In this document: in pieces, positions 14,230-27,082 of the stretch
Position numbering within the stretch: position 1 is the first letter of the stretch
Layout of the letters: every line of letters begins with the position of its first letter
Source of the DNA: Mobula hypostoma
Lineage: Eukaryota
Assembly (NCBI RefSeq): GCF_963921235.1
Contig: NC_086097.1
Span: 162,256,001 to 162,320,000 of the forward strand
DNA length: 64,000 bases
Reading direction: 5' to 3'
Program-made: the position numbers and the translations under genes
The notes under the pieces: model-generated
The model's database searches: none
What the model saw: only the letters and a program-made list of their open reading frames with translations
What the model was told of the DNA's origin: nothing

Positions 14230-14416
14230 TCCTGGTGGTGGATGGTCATACCACAAGTCCTGTTTATGAGATCGATCAGACATCTCCACTGAGTATTGAT
14301 AATGGCTGGGGTCACCCATCTTGTAAAGACACTAACTAACCAGAAGGCAATGGCAAACCACTTATGTAGAAAATGTTGCCAGGAACAATTGTGGTCATGA
14401 GACTATGATCGCCCAC
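14230..14416 (+). mobile_element. Short SINE or non-autonomous element with an RTE-like 3' tail, in RPLP1 intron 1
   Basis: GAAGGCAATGGCAAACCACTT..TTGCC resembles the RTE/Bov-A-type 3' terminal motif. It is antisense to RPLP1. Confidence 0.5.
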
Positions 14417-14989
14417 TAATATCAAAATATTACCCGAACTAAACCTTAGGGGGAAGGATACCAAAGGGATGTTCGCTATCAGGTAACTCATGAAGCAAAT
14501 GCAGTGTCTAAAATCTAACGAAGTACAGTAATGACCAGAAGTTGATGCCTAGTTTTAAATCAAGAAACTAAACAGAATGTACAAGCGCTTAGGCAAATTT
14601 AGTAGTTTGCAAAATATATAAGATCGAATATGTTAGATCGTTCCGACAAATATTGAAATACTGGATTTTTGGGGGAACTTGGGAGTCTCAGAACAAACGG
14701 CGTGAATAATGGAAAACGAAAGAGAAAGTGGAGCAGCCAGGCACACTGCAGGTTTCAGCACAATTCAATGCAGGCCCGAGCACCGACAACCAGCCGCAGC
14801 CGAGCGGGGCTGCCGTTCCAGACCGACCGCCGCCCTCAGGCATCCAGCACGTGGGGCCAGAACGGAGCCGGGTCGCGGAACCACGCCAGCACCGGTTTCC
14901 ACCAGCCTCGGGTCGGCCTGTACTTCTCCCCTCCAACATAAAATGGCTCGTGTGCCCCCACCCCACGAAATGGCGGCGGCGCTACTCAC

Positions 14990-15061
14990 GGTCACGGTGA
15001 CCTCATCGTCGTGCAGGATGAGAGCGCTGTAGATGCAGGCCAGCTCGGATGTGGATGCCAT
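14990..15061 (-). CDS. RPLP1: 60S acidic ribosomal protein P1, exon 1 coding part (72 nt)
   Basis: GCCATGG Kozak start. Encodes MASTSELACIYSALILHDDEVTVT, followed by a GTGAGT donor. The four exons total 336 nt, i.e. 111 aa plus stop. Confidence 0.98.
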
Positions 15062-15145
15062 GGCGGGTTGGATGGTGCTAGTCGCCGGCTGGGATTCGGC
15101 CTTAGCTTCGATCGAAGGACAGAGCACCTCGGAACAAAGTCAGAT

Positions 15146-15186
15146 AGGAAGAGGAAGCGGCTGGCTGCGGGGCGCTCTTATATAAA
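15146..15186 (-). promoter_or_regulatory. RPLP1: RPLP1 core promoter: TCT/5'TOP initiator and TATA box
   Basis: Minus strand CTTCCTCTTCCT at 15157-15146, with TTTATATAA at 15186-15178 about 30 nt upstream. Confidence 0.85.
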
Positions 15187-16208
15187 CAGCGGTGACATCA
15201 CTGCCGGGTTATCCCCGGGTCACATCCAGCGTGGGGAGGAGGACTTCCGTTCCGGCGATCAGACCATGTTTTTCGAGCTGCAAAACCGGCAACGTGAGGA
15301 GAGGTTACAGTTACAAGTTTAAAACTCTGCATAGTTACTGGTCTAATAGTGGTCGCCTATTAGCGAATCGCGATCGACTGGTCGATCTTTGAGACTTTCC
15401 CAGTACATCCCGAAAAAAAAACACAAATACATTATGCCTGAACGACATATACACCTGAACAATTTTTACCCCTAGAGCGTCTACGTGAGTCGTTTTTAAC
15501 CCACACTTAGTTGCTTTCCCTGGTTATTGTGTTTCACTTTTTCCACTGCCCAGCGTCGTGCGTCACATGTGTGCTGACATTATGTGACTATCGCCGCTGT
15601 CTCTCTCAAATTTCCATGGAGCGTGGGAGAACTGAAAAAGTGTCTAAAATAAACAAACAAACGGGCAAACTGTCCAATGGCGAAAGAAAAAACAACAGGT
15701 GTGGGTAAAAATGACTCACTTATGCATTCATGACTTAACTAGAAGATTTCTCAGTATAGCGCAGACTTCTGCCGAGGGGGCAGTTAGCTGAGGAGTAATT
15801 GTTAAAATCTGTAATTCAGATAACGTAATTGCAAAATGCAGTCCTCATTGGCATAAAAATTTGATCAACTTTAATCGGTTTTGACTGTTATGCTGTTATT
15901 TATATTACGTCAGTTATGCAAAAGTTTGATCAGTTGTACTGCTCTTTCGAATTTTTTGCCTTTCATAGCGTGAATTCATGTTTAGCATTTCGGATAGTGT
16001 GCTAGTAATTAGCATTAATTTTAGTTTTTACTGAAAAGTTAGCGTCTCTCTCTCTCTCTCTCGATTTAGCTGTTGTATTTTTTTCAGAGTTGTGCTGCAT
16101 CAAAGTGACCAATTAGATAAGATAAGAATACAGACTGTCGCAAACATCAATATACGGCACTCGCTGGTGATATCCTACACCTTCCAATTACACCCATGTG
16201 ACCAATTA

Positions 16209-16545
16209 CATAGAACATAGAATAGTACAGCACAGTAGAGGCCCTTCGGCCCACAAAGTTCTGCCTACCCTCAAACCCTGTCTCCCATTAAAGCCCCCAC
16301 CTTAAATTCCTCCATATACCTATCTAGTAGTCTCTTAAACTTCACTAGTGTATCTGCCTCCACCACTGACTCAGGCAGTGCATTCCATGCACCAACCACT
16401 CTCTGAGTAAAAAACCTTAACTTCCCACCCCTTAAAGCCATGTCCTCTTGTATTGAGTAGTGGTGCCCTGGGGAAGAGGCGCTGGCTATCCACTCTATCT
16501 ATTCCTCTTATTATCTTGTTCGCCTCTATCATGTCTCCTCTCATT
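16209..16545 (-). mobile_element. CR1 3' end, same subfamily as 17770-20181
   Basis: Reverse complement of 19840-20180, including the TTCTATG tail. Confidence 0.9.
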
Positions 16546-16654
16546 AACCCCCTAACCTGCTTGTCAGGAACGTGGGAGAAAACCTGAGCACCCAGATGAA
16601 ACCCAAGCAGTCACAGAGCGAATGTACAAGCTCCTTACACACAGAGGTGGAACT

Positions 16655-17304
16655 TGCTATATTTGTTCTTTGACAAGGACAAACTTGCATGGGTAAAAAT
16701 GCTGGAACTATTTTATTTACAGATTTACAAAATGACAACTTTACTCAAGACTTCAGCCCACCAAGAGTGAGTGTGTGTTTCCCCTTCACCAACATCACCT
16801 CCTGTTCCAGTTCAACTTTCCAGATTGCACACTGGGAACTGAAATTCTTTATTATATACACACATCATAACACATCTTTTCCCTTTAAAGAAAACAAACA
16901 CAATAGTATGTCCTCGTAAACCTGCAAGACACAACTTACTTTGTCTCTGACGAGTGAGTCTCTCAAATCTCCAAACTCTCAGTGTGTGAAGCTCAGCTAA
17001 GTATTGTTTCTGGTCACAGGAAAAGAACTTCTATCACTCAAACTCATCATATTACTTGGGACAAAATACTCCTCAAATTTTGTCATCAGAGTGTCTAATT
17101 TAAAGTCTGTCTCATCAATTTGAAAGCGTTGTAAATGTCCAAAACATCTTCGCCAAATACGTGTAGAAAGATAAACGCTTTCAATTTTTCGTCTGCCCTG
17201 CCGGTTCTGCTTGCCATTAAATATATATTGAATCGGTGCTTGAAGTGTTTCCCAGCTAGATTCCCAGTAAACTGCATTGCTGCAGGTGGACTTAGGTTAT
17301 ACAT
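16655..17304 (-). mobile_element. Internally deleted Gypsy LTR retrotransposon remnant (gag N-terminus and probable 3' LTR)
   Basis: ORF 17095-17304 (PPAAMQFTGNLA..KHRFNIYLMAS..IFLHVFGEDVLDIYNAF) is gag-like. Purine tract AAAGGGAAAAGATG precedes a TG...CA segment at about 16872-16655 containing AATAAA. Confidence 0.6.
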
Positions 17305-17769
17305 GACAGAATATTTTGAGCTTTTCTCACCTGAACCTCTTGGTGAACTTGGAGACAGCTTGGCAGCAGCTTCTCTCCGTCAGAACAAAAGTGCATATTC
17401 TGTAGGGATATCTGAATATTGTCATTGTTAATTGATGAGGAAATTCCTTTGCAGGTTCTGCTTGCTATTTTTTTTTTGTTCTCTCTGATGTCAGGATAAA
17501 TCAGCAAAAAAAGCCTGATATGGGACTTTGCTGGTGAGCTGAACTGGTAGAAAAAAGTTAACATTTTATATTGAAGGTTCTTTGCCAAAACTGAGAAGCA
17601 GACATAAGATGCAGGGAGGGTAACATCTCTGATAGGTCCAACTAGGGTAATCATTGGGATTAAACAGTAAATAAAGTCATCTGGTCAATGAGTGAATGGG
17701 GTAGTTTGAGAGTGAGAAGATAGACAAAAGAGTGTAGAAATTGCAAAATACAGAGCAGGAAGACATGCA

Positions 17770-20181
17770 CCCAATTAGTTCCAAGGGTTTAGATGGGGCA
17801 GAGTTTGTTAAGTGTGTCCAGGACAGATTCCTGTCACAGTGTGTTGACAGGCCGACCAGGAGGAATGCCATACTAGATCTAGTACTAGGTAATGAACCGG
17901 CTCAGGTCACAGATCCCTCAGTGGGTGAGCATCTAGGAGACAGTGACCACTGCTCCCTGGCCTTTAGTATTATCATGGAAAAGGATAGAATCAGAGAGGA
18001 CAGGAAAATTTTTAATTGGGGAAGGGCAAATTATGAGACTATAAGGCTTGAACTTGCGGGAGTGAATTGGGATGATGTTTTTGCAGGGAAATGTACTATG
18101 GACATGTGGTCGGTGTTTAGAGATCTCTTGCGGGATGTTAGGGATAAATTTGTCCCGGTGAGGAAGATAAAGAATGGTAGGGTGAAGGAACCATGGGTGA
18201 CAAGTGAGGTGGAACATCTAGTCAGGTGGAAGAAGGCAGCATACATGAGGTTTAGGAAGCAAGGATCAGATGGGTCTATTGAGGAATATAGGGAAGCAAG
18301 AAAGGAGCTTAAGAAGGGGCTGAGAAGAGCAAGAAGGGGGCATAAGAAGGCCTTGGCGAATAGGGTAAAGGAAAACCCCAAGGCATTCTTCAATTATGTG
18401 AAGAAAAAAAGGATGACAGGAGTGAAGGTAGGACTGATTAGAGATAAAGGTGGGAAGATGTGCCTGGAGACTGCGGAAGTGAGCGAGGTCCTCAATGAAT
18501 ACTTCTCTTCAGTATTCACCAATGAGAGGGAACGATGACGGTGAGGACAATGAGTGAGGTTGATGTTCTAGAGCATGTTGATATTAAGGGAGAGGAGATG
18601 TTGGAGTTGTTAAAATACATTAAGACAGATAAGTCCCCAGGGCCTGACGGAATATTCCCCAGGCTGCTGCACAAGACAAGGGAAGAGATTGCTGAGCCTC
18701 TAGCTAGGATCTTTATGTCCTCGTTGTCTATGAGAATGGTACCGGAGGTTTGGAGGGAGGCGAATCTTGTCCCCTTGTTCAAAAAAGGTAGTAGGGATAG
18801 TCCGGGTAATTATAGACCAGTGAGCCTTATGTCTGTGGTGGGAAAGCTGTTGGAAAAGATCCTTAGAGATAGGATCTGTGGGTATTTAGAGAATCATGGT
18901 CTGATCAGGGACAGTCAGCATGGCTTTGTGAAGGGCAGATTGTGTCTAACAAGCCTGATAGAGTTCTTTGAGGAGGTGACCAGGCATATAGATGAGGGTA
19001 GTGCAGTGGATGTGATCTGTATGGATTTTAGTAAGGCATTTGACAAGGTTCCACACGGTAGGCTTATTCAGAAAGTCAGAAGGCATGGGATCCAGGGAAG
19101 TTTGGCCAGGTGGATTCAGAATTGTCTTGCCTGCAGAAGGCAGAGGGTCGTGGTGGAGGGAGTACATTCGGATTGGAGGTTGTGACTAGTGGTGTCCCAC
19201 AAGGATCGGTTCTGGGACCTCTACTTTTCGTGATTTTTATTAACAACCTGGATGTGGGGGTAGAAGGGTGGGTTGGCAAGTTTGCGGACGACACAAAGGT
19301 TGGTGGTGGTGTAGATAGTGTAGAGGATTGTCGAAGATTGCAGAGAGACATTGATAGGATGCAGAAGTGGGCTGAGAAGTGGCAGATGGAGTTCAACCTG
19401 GAGAAGTGTGAGGTGGTACACTTTGGAAGGACAAACTCCAAGGCAGAGTACAAAGTAAATGGCAGGATACTTGGTAGTGTGGAGGAGCAGAGGGATCTAG
19501 GGCTACATGTCCACAGATTCCTGAAAGTTGCCTCACAGGTAGATAGGATAGTTAAGAAAGCTTATGGGGTGTTAACTTTCATAAGTTGAGGGATAGAGTT
19601 TAAGAGTCGCGAGGTAATGATGCAGCTCTATAAAACTCTGGTTAGGGACACACTTGGAGTACTGTGTCTAGTTCTGGTCGCCTCACTATAGGAAGGATGT
19701 GGAAGCATTGGAAAGGGTACAGAAGAGATTTACCAGGATGCTGCCTGGTTTAGAGAGTATGGATTATGATCAGAGATTAAGGGAGCTAGGGCTTTACTTT
19801 TTGGAGAGAAGGAGGATGAGAGGAGACATGATAGAGGTATACAAGATATTAAGAGGAATAGATAGAGTGGACAGCCAGCACCTCTTCCCCAGGGCACCAC
19901 TGCTCAATACAAGAGGACATGGCTTTAAGATAAGGGGTGGGAAGTTCAAGGGGGATATTAGAGGAAGGTTTTTTACTCAGAGAGTGGTTGGTGCGTGGAA
20001 TGCACTGCCTGAGTCAGTGGTGGAGGCAGATACACTAGTGAAATTTAAGAGACTTCTAGACAGGTATATGGAGGATTTTAAGGTGGGGGGTTATATGGGA
20101 GGCAGGGTTTGAGGGTTGGCCCAACATTGTGGGCCGAAGGGCCTGTACTGTGCTGTACTATTTTATGTTCTATGTTCTATG
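17770..20181 (+). mobile_element. CR1 LINE, 5'-truncated (endonuclease C-terminus and RT), relatively young
   Basis: ILDLVL/GDSDH (APE endonuclease), NYRPVSL, DFSKAFDKVPH, GVPQGSVLGP and KFADD over four ORFs with few lesions. TGTTCTA repeat tail. Confidence 0.96.
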
Positions 20182-20189
20182 CCCGGCAG

Positions 20190-21180
20190 ATTAGGCTATG
20201 CAAATCCTGCACTTACAGAGGGACCGAGAAGGCAGCATCAGTTGTCAAAGATCCCCACCATCTGGTCCATGCAATCTTTTCACAGCTACCATGAGGCAAG
20301 AAGTCCAGAAGTCTGAAGCCCTACACCACCAGGTTCAGGAACAGCTACTTGAGTGATTTGGTTCTTGAACTAAACTGCACAACCCCAGTATAGCAACTCC
20401 TTGACAATTTTGCACTATGATTGACAGTCCTTTCGTTCTATGTTCTTCTTTGTACAGTTTACATTTTACTTGTGAATATTGTATCTCTTGCTATGTGTTC
20501 CATGATGTTCGGGTTGAGAGTTTCGAGTTTCTGGAATTGAACATTACCAATAGCTTGTCATTGTCCAACCACATGGATGCCATGACCAAGAAAGCTCACC
20601 ATTGCCTCTCATTCCTCTGTAGTCTAAAGGAATTTGACATGTCCCTGTTGACCTTTACCAATTTTTATCAATGCACCAATGAAAGCATCATATCTGGATG
20701 CATAACGACCTGATACGGTAACTGCTCTGCACGTGACTGCAAGAAACTGCAGAGTTGTGGACACAGCTCAGCACATCACAGGAACCAGCTTTCTCTCTAC
20801 GGACTCTGTCTATACTTCGCACTGCCTCAGTAAAGTAGCCAGCATAATCAATGGCTCCTCCCACCCCGGACACTCTTCCTTCTCCCCTCTTCCATTGGGC
20901 AGTACATACAAAAGTCTGAAAGGGCATGCATCAGACTCAAGGAGAGCTTCTACCCTGCTGTGCTAAGCCTATTAAATGGTTCCGTAGTAGGAAAAGATGA
21001 ACTCTCGACTGCACAATCTACCTCATTATGATCTTGGACTTTACTGTTAACCTGCACTGCACTGTCTCTGTAGCTGTTAACAATTTATTCTGCAGTTATA
21101 TTGTTTTACCTTCTTCTACCTCAAGGTATTTAACGATCTGATCTGTATGACAGTATGTGTGAAAAGCTTTTCACTGTATC
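20190..21180 (+). mobile_element. Two Rex/Babar-like LINE 3' fragments
   Basis: KDPHHLVHAIFSQLP; TNFYQCTNESIISGCIT; SSHPGHSSFSPLPLG. Confidence 0.7.
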
Positions 21181-21250
21181 TCAAGGAACATAGAACATTA
21201 CAGCACAGTACAAGACCTTCAGCCCGTGTTGTGCCAACCTTTTAACCTTA

Positions 21251-22165
21251 TGTTACGTACCCCGTAACTGGATTGCCAAACCGGCAGAAATGGATCACTC
21301 AGTTAGAGTCTGGATTACTGGAACTAAGAAAGTTTTATTAAAGAAACAAGCAACACAGTACTCTAATCAAAAGGATAATAAATGCAACAGTTCAGCAATG
21401 ATAAACACACATGTACACAGAATTAGGATAACAGGATCAATCAAGCTCTATCGTCGTCTAGGGGTAAATGACCAGTTTCAAAGTGACGCAAAGTTCAGTT
21501 CAATTGAGTTCAGTTCAGTTCACAGTAATCACTGCCGTGGGAGATGGACAGTGGGGGGAAGGAGAGAGAGAGCAAAAACGAATGAATATTCAAACGGCTT
21601 CCACACAGACCTTCGATATTCTTCGCAGTCAGCTTTCGGGCGAGCCCTTTGTGATGTTTTCTGAGGTCACCGACTGTGACCTCTCCGTTTCCAGATACGA
21701 TCTTTCCTCAGCGGTGAACCCGGCACCCAGGCAAGGGCGGACACACACCAGGTTCCTGCCGATTGTATCTTTCCACCCTGTGCGTCTCTGGCTTGGACCC
21801 ACGACCAGCCCTCCAAAGACTCCCACCGACTTGTGGGAGGCGCACCGCTTCCAGGGTCTCGTTACCTCATGGTGTCGTGTGTGTGTCCTGCCTTAGCGAA
21901 CCTGTCCCTTTTTATCCCCCTGCTGGGGTATCGCCTGTCCATCACTTCAAACAGTTCAGGGTTCAAAGAGGAGCCGGTCTTGACAATTCCCAGACCGCTG
22001 TCTCCTTCCGTTAAGCTCTCCCGTCTCTTCATTAACATTTCCAAATGCTGCTCCATTGTCTTTACTTATCTCTCTCTCCTGAAGACAGGTGGCAGATCAA
22101 CTGTTGATCCCACTGGTGATAGCACAGGACAGTCAATATCTTAGTCTATGTGTACTTTCGTCACA
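21251..22165 (-). mobile_element. Solo LTR (915 bp), copy A
   Basis: TG...CA termini. Reverse complement of 40762-41732. Inserted into a CR1 3' UTR; TSD imperfect (CTTA/CTAC). Confidence 0.85.
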
Positions 22166-22269
22166 CTACTCTAAGATCAAATTAGTACTTCCCTCCCACA
22201 TAGCCCTCCATTTTTCTATCCATTTCCCTATCTAGAGTCTCTTAAATGCCTCTGCCTCTCCCATCTCCC

Positions 22270-22835
22270 ATAAGACCATTAGCTATAGGAGCAGAATTAG
22301 GCCACTTGGCCCATCGAGTCTGCTTTGCCATTTCATCATGCTGATCCGTTTCCCATTCAAGCCCAATCTCCTGGCTTCTCCCCACAACCAGTCATGCCTT
22401 GACTAATCAAGTCTATCAACCTTTGCCATAAATATACCCAGTGATTTCATCTCCGCAGCTGCTGCGGCAACAAATTCCATAGATTCACTACTCTCTGGTG
22501 AAAGAAGTTCCTCCTTGTTTCCATTCTAAGTGGATGTCTCCCTCTTCGGAGGCTGTGCCTTCTGGTCTTAGATTCACCTACTACAGGAAAAATCCTCTCC
22601 ATACCCACTCTACCTGGACCTTCAACTTTCAATAGGTTTCAAGGAGATCCCTACCCTCATTTTTCTGAATTCTGGTAAGTACAGGCCAAAGCCCATCAAA
22701 CACTCCTCATATCCTGGAATCATTTTTGTGAAGCTCCTTTGAACCCTCTCCAATTTCAACACATTCTTTCTTAGATAAGGGGTGAAAAGCTGCTTAGAAT
22801 CCTCCAAATAAGGCCTTACCGGCGCCTTATAAAAG
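22270..22835 (-). mobile_element. Old CR1 3' fragment
   Basis: ORFs 22447-22632 and 22622-22807 (ERVQRSFTKMIPG; NFFHQRVVNLWN). Confidence 0.8.
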
Positions 22836-22836
22836 G

Positions 22837-24290
22837 GTGGCTAACGTTGTCCCTCTCTTCAAGAAGGGAGAAAGAGAGAAAACAGGGAATTATAGACCGG
22901 TTAGCCTGATGTCGGTGGTGGGGAAGATGCTGGAGTCAATTATAAAAGATGAAATTATGACACATCTGGATAGTACTAACAGGATTGGTCCAAGTCAGCA
23001 TGGATATACGAAGGGGAAATTGTGCTTGACTAATCTTCTGGAATTTTTTGAGGATGTAACTATGAAAATGGACAAGGGAGAGCCAGTGGATGTAGTGTAC
23101 CTGGACTTTCAGAAAGCCTTTGATAAAGTCCCACATAGGAGATTAGTGGGCAAAATTAGGGCACATGGTATTGGGGGCAGAGTACTGACATGGATTGAAA
23201 ATTGGCTGGCTGACAGAAAACAAAGAGTAGCGATTAACGGGTCCCTTTCGGAATGGCAGGCGGTGACCAGTGGGGTACCGCAGGGTTCAGTGCTGGGACC
23301 GCAGCTGTTTACAATATATATTAATGATTTAGATGAGGGAATTAAAAGTAACATTAGCAAATTTGCCGATGACACAAAGCTGGGAGGCAGTGTGAAATGT
23401 GAGGAGGATGTTATGAGAATGCAGTGTGACTTGGACAGGCTGGGTGAGTGGGCAGATGCATGGCAGATGCAGTTTAATGTGGATAAATGTGAGGTTATCC
23501 ACTTTGGTGGTAAGAACGGGAAGGCAGATTATTATCTAAATGGAGTCAAGTTAGGAAAAGGGGAAGCACAACGAGATTTATGTGTTGTTGTGCATTAGTC
23601 ACTGAAAGCAAGCATGCAGGTACAGCAGGCAGTGAAAAAAGCTAATGGCATGCTGGCTTTCATAACAAGGGGAATTGAGTATAAGAGCAAAGAGGTCCTT
23701 CTGCAGCTGTACAGGGCCCTGGTGAGACCACACCTGGAGTACTGTGTGCAGTTTTGGTTTCCAAATTTGAGGAAGGACATTCTTGCTATCGAGGGAGTGC
23801 AGCGTAGGTTCACAAGGTTAATTCCCGGGATGGCGGGTCTGTCATATGTCAAAAGATTGGAGCGACTGGGCTTGTATACTCTGGAATTTAGAAGGCTGAG
23901 AGGTGATCTTATTGAAACATGTAAGATTATTAAGGGATTGGACACGCTGGAGGCAGGAAGCATGTTCCCGCTGATGGGTGAGTCCAGAACCAGAGGCCAC
24001 AGTTTAAGAATTAGGGGTAGGCCATTTAGAATGGAGTTGAGGAAAAACTTTTTCACCCAGAGAGTGGTGGATATATGGAATGCTCTGCCCCAGAAGGCTG
24101 TGGAGACCAAGTCTCTGGATGCTTTCAAGAAGGAGATGGATAGAGTTCTTAAAGATAGCGGAATCAAGGGATTATGGGGAGAAGGCAGGAACTGGATACT
24201 GATTGTGGATGATCAGCCATGAACACAGTGAATGGCGGTGCTGGCTCGAAGGGCCGAATGGCCTACTCCTGCACCTATTGTCTATTGTCT
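22837..24290 (+). mobile_element. CR1 LINE, young RT half
   Basis: ORFs 22837-23598 and 23614-24222 are separated by a single stop and carry all RT motifs. TATTGTC repeat tail. Confidence 0.96.
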
Positions 24291-24319
24291 CAATATTACA
24301 TCCTTACTTTTATGTTGGC

Positions 24320-27080
24320 AGATGGAATACAGTGTTGGGAAATGTATGGTCATGCACTTTGGTAGAAGAAATGAAAGGGTTGACTGTTTTCTAAATGGAG
24401 AGAAAATATAAAAAACTGAGATGCAAAGGGACTTGGGAGTCTTTGTGCAGGATTCCCTACAGGTTAATTTGCAGGTTGAGTCTGTGGTGAGGAAGGCAAA
24501 CTCAATGTTAGCATTCATTTCAAGAGGACTAAAATATAAAAGCAAGGCTGTAATTTTGAGACTTTATGAAGCACTGGTGAGGCCTCACTTGGAGTATTGT
24601 GAGCAGGTTTGGGCCTCTTATCTTAGAAAGGATGTGCTGAATCTGGGGAGAGTTCAAAGGAGTTTTAACGAAAATGATTCCAGGATGGAATGGCCTGTCA
24701 AATGAAGAGCGTTTGATGGCTCTGTGCCTGTATTCGCTAGAATTCACTAGACCACTCCTGGTGAAGGGTCTCGGCCCGAAGCGTCGATTGTACCTCTTCC
24801 TATAGATGCTGCCTGGCCTGCTGCGTTCACCAGCATTTTTTGTGTTTGTTGCTTGAGGTAATACGGTATCAACTTCACGGGCCCTGTACAGAATCCAGAA
24901 GAGGGCCTGATAAGGTGTTTTCTTGGACCCTACGGGAGGCAAGTGCAGAAATTGCCAGCGCCCTAGCAGAGATATTTAGAACATCCTTAGTGACAGGGGA
25001 GGTACCGGAGGATTGGAGGACAGCCTATGTTGTTCTGCTGTTTAAAAAGGGCTCTAAACAGAAAGCAGGAAATTATAGGCTGGTGAGTCTGACAGCAGTT
25101 GTGGAAAAGTTATTGGAAGGTAGTCTAAGGGACCAGATATATAAGTATACAGATAGACATGGACTGATTAAAGATAGTCAGCATGGCTTCGTACATATTA
25201 ATGGTAAGACTCTTGGCAGTGTGGAGGATCACAGGGATCTTGGGGTCCAAGTCCATAGGACACTCAAAGCTGCTGCACAGGTTGACTCTGTGGTTAAGAA
25301 GGCATACAGTGCATTGGCCTTCATCAACCATGGGATTGAGTTTAAAAGCTGAGAGGTAATATTGCAGCTATATAGGACCCTGGTCAGACCCCACTTGGAG
25401 TACTGTGCTCAATTCTGGTTGCCTCACTACAGGAAGGACGTGGAAACTATAGAAAAGGTACAGAGGGGATTTACAAGGATGTTGCCTGGATTGGGGAGCA
25501 TGCCTTATGAGAATAGGTGAGTGAACTCGGCCTTTTCTCCTTTGAGTGACGGAGGATGAGATGTGATCTGATAGAGGTGTGATGATGAGAGGCGTTGATC
25601 GTGTTGATAGTCAGAGGCTTTTTGCCAGGGCTGAAATGGTTAACATGACAGGGCACAGTTTTAAGATGCGGGTGGAAGTAGGTACAGAGGAGATGTCAGG
25701 GGTAAGTTTTTTACACAGAGACTGGTGAGTGCGTGGAATGGGCTGTCAGCGACAGTGGTGGAGGCAGATACAACAGGGTCTTTTAAGAGACTCCTGGATA
25801 GGTACATGGAGCTTAGGAAAATAGAGGGCTATGGGTAACCCAAGGTAATTTCTTAAGTAAATACCTGTTCAGCACAGCATTGTGCGCCAAAGGGACTGTA
25901 TTGTGCTCTTGGTTTTCTATATTTTTTTGTTATTGAGTTTTTTGAGGAGGTTACCAGGAACGTGGATGAAGGTAAGGCTGTGGATGTTGTCTACCATGGA
26001 CTTTAGCAAGGCTTTTGACAAGGTCCCGCATGGGAGGCTAGTCAGGAACATTCAGTAACTTGGCATTCAGAATGAAGTCGTAAATTGGATTAGATATTGG
26101 CCAGAGAGTAGAGGCCTGTGACTCGCGATGTGCAGCAGGGATCGGTGCTGGGCCCTTCGCTGTTTGCAATCTATATCATTGATCTGGATGATAACGTGAT
26201 TAAATGGATCAACAAATTTGCAGATAACACCTAGAGTGGGGTGTAGTGGACAGTGAGGAAGAATGCCATGGCTTGCAGAGAGATTTACATCAGCTGGAAA
26301 AAATGGACTGTAAAATGGCAGATGGAATTTAATGCACACAAGTATGAGGTTTTGCAGTTTGTTAGGCCCAGTCCGGGTAGGCCTTACACAGTGAATGGCA
26401 GAGCACTGATGAGTGTGGTAGAACAAGGGGATCTGGGAATACAAGTATATAATTCATTGACAGTGGCTTCGCAGGTAGATACGGTAGCTTTTGGCACATA
26501 GATGTTAGGTTGAAGTTGTATAAGACGTCAGTGAGGCCTAATTTGGAGTACTGTGTGCAGTTTTGGTCACCTACCTACAGCAAAGCTATAAAAAAGAGTG
26601 CAGAGAAAATTTTCAACAATGTTGCTGGGTCTGGAGGACCTGAGTTAGAAGGAAAGATTGAATATGTTAGGACTGTGTTCTTTCAAACATGGAGGGCTGA
26701 GAGATTTGTTAGAGGTACACAGATCTATGAGTGCTATAGACAGAGTGAATGAAAGCAGCATTTTTTGAGGTTGGGTGGGACTATAACCAGAGATCATGGG
26801 TTAAGAGTGAAAGGTGAGAATCTTAAGGAGAACATGAATGAAAACTTCTTCACACAGAAGGTCGTGAGAGGGTGGAATGAGCTGCTAGCACAAGTGGTGC
26901 ATGCAAGCTTGATTTCAATGTTTAAGAGAGGCTTGGATAGGTACATCAATAGTAGGGATATGGAGGTTTTTGGTCGCGGTGCTGGTAGATGGGAGTAGAC
27001 AGTTTAAATGGTTTTGGCATGGATCAGATGGGCTGAAGGGCCTGTTTCTGTGCTGTACTTCTCTATATTATAGACTCTAT
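24320..27080 (+). mobile_element. Pile of nested or fragmented CR1 copies
   Basis: Repeated RPHLEYC, NYRLVSL and FFTQKVV motifs in ORFs 24421, 24840, 26253, 26510 and 26765. At least three 3' halves. Confidence 0.85.
24752..24856 (+). mobile_element. Short Penelope pseudo-LTR insert with a degenerate hammerhead
   Basis: CACTC-CTGGTGA-AGGG-TCTCGG-CCC-GAAGC-GTC-GATTG at 24753-24790. Same unit as the reverse of 51945-52081. Confidence 0.8.
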
Positions 27081-27082
27081 GA

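Larger units (their letters stand above)
14690..15620. promoter_or_regulatory. RPLP1: CpG island over the RPLP1 promoter, exon 1 and start of intron 1
   Basis: Clearly GC- and CpG-rich against a CpG-poor background. YY1-like AAATGGCGGC at 14968-14977. Tandem ETS/GABP-like CTTCCG/TTCCGG at 15244-15255. Confidence 0.85.

Noticed and set aside
14765..15127. 120-aa ORF as a single-exon gene, plus overlapping plus-strand ORFs at 14669-15322
   Set aside because: It is RPLP1 exon 1 read through the donor into GC-rich intron. The other ORFs reflect low stop frequency in the CpG island.
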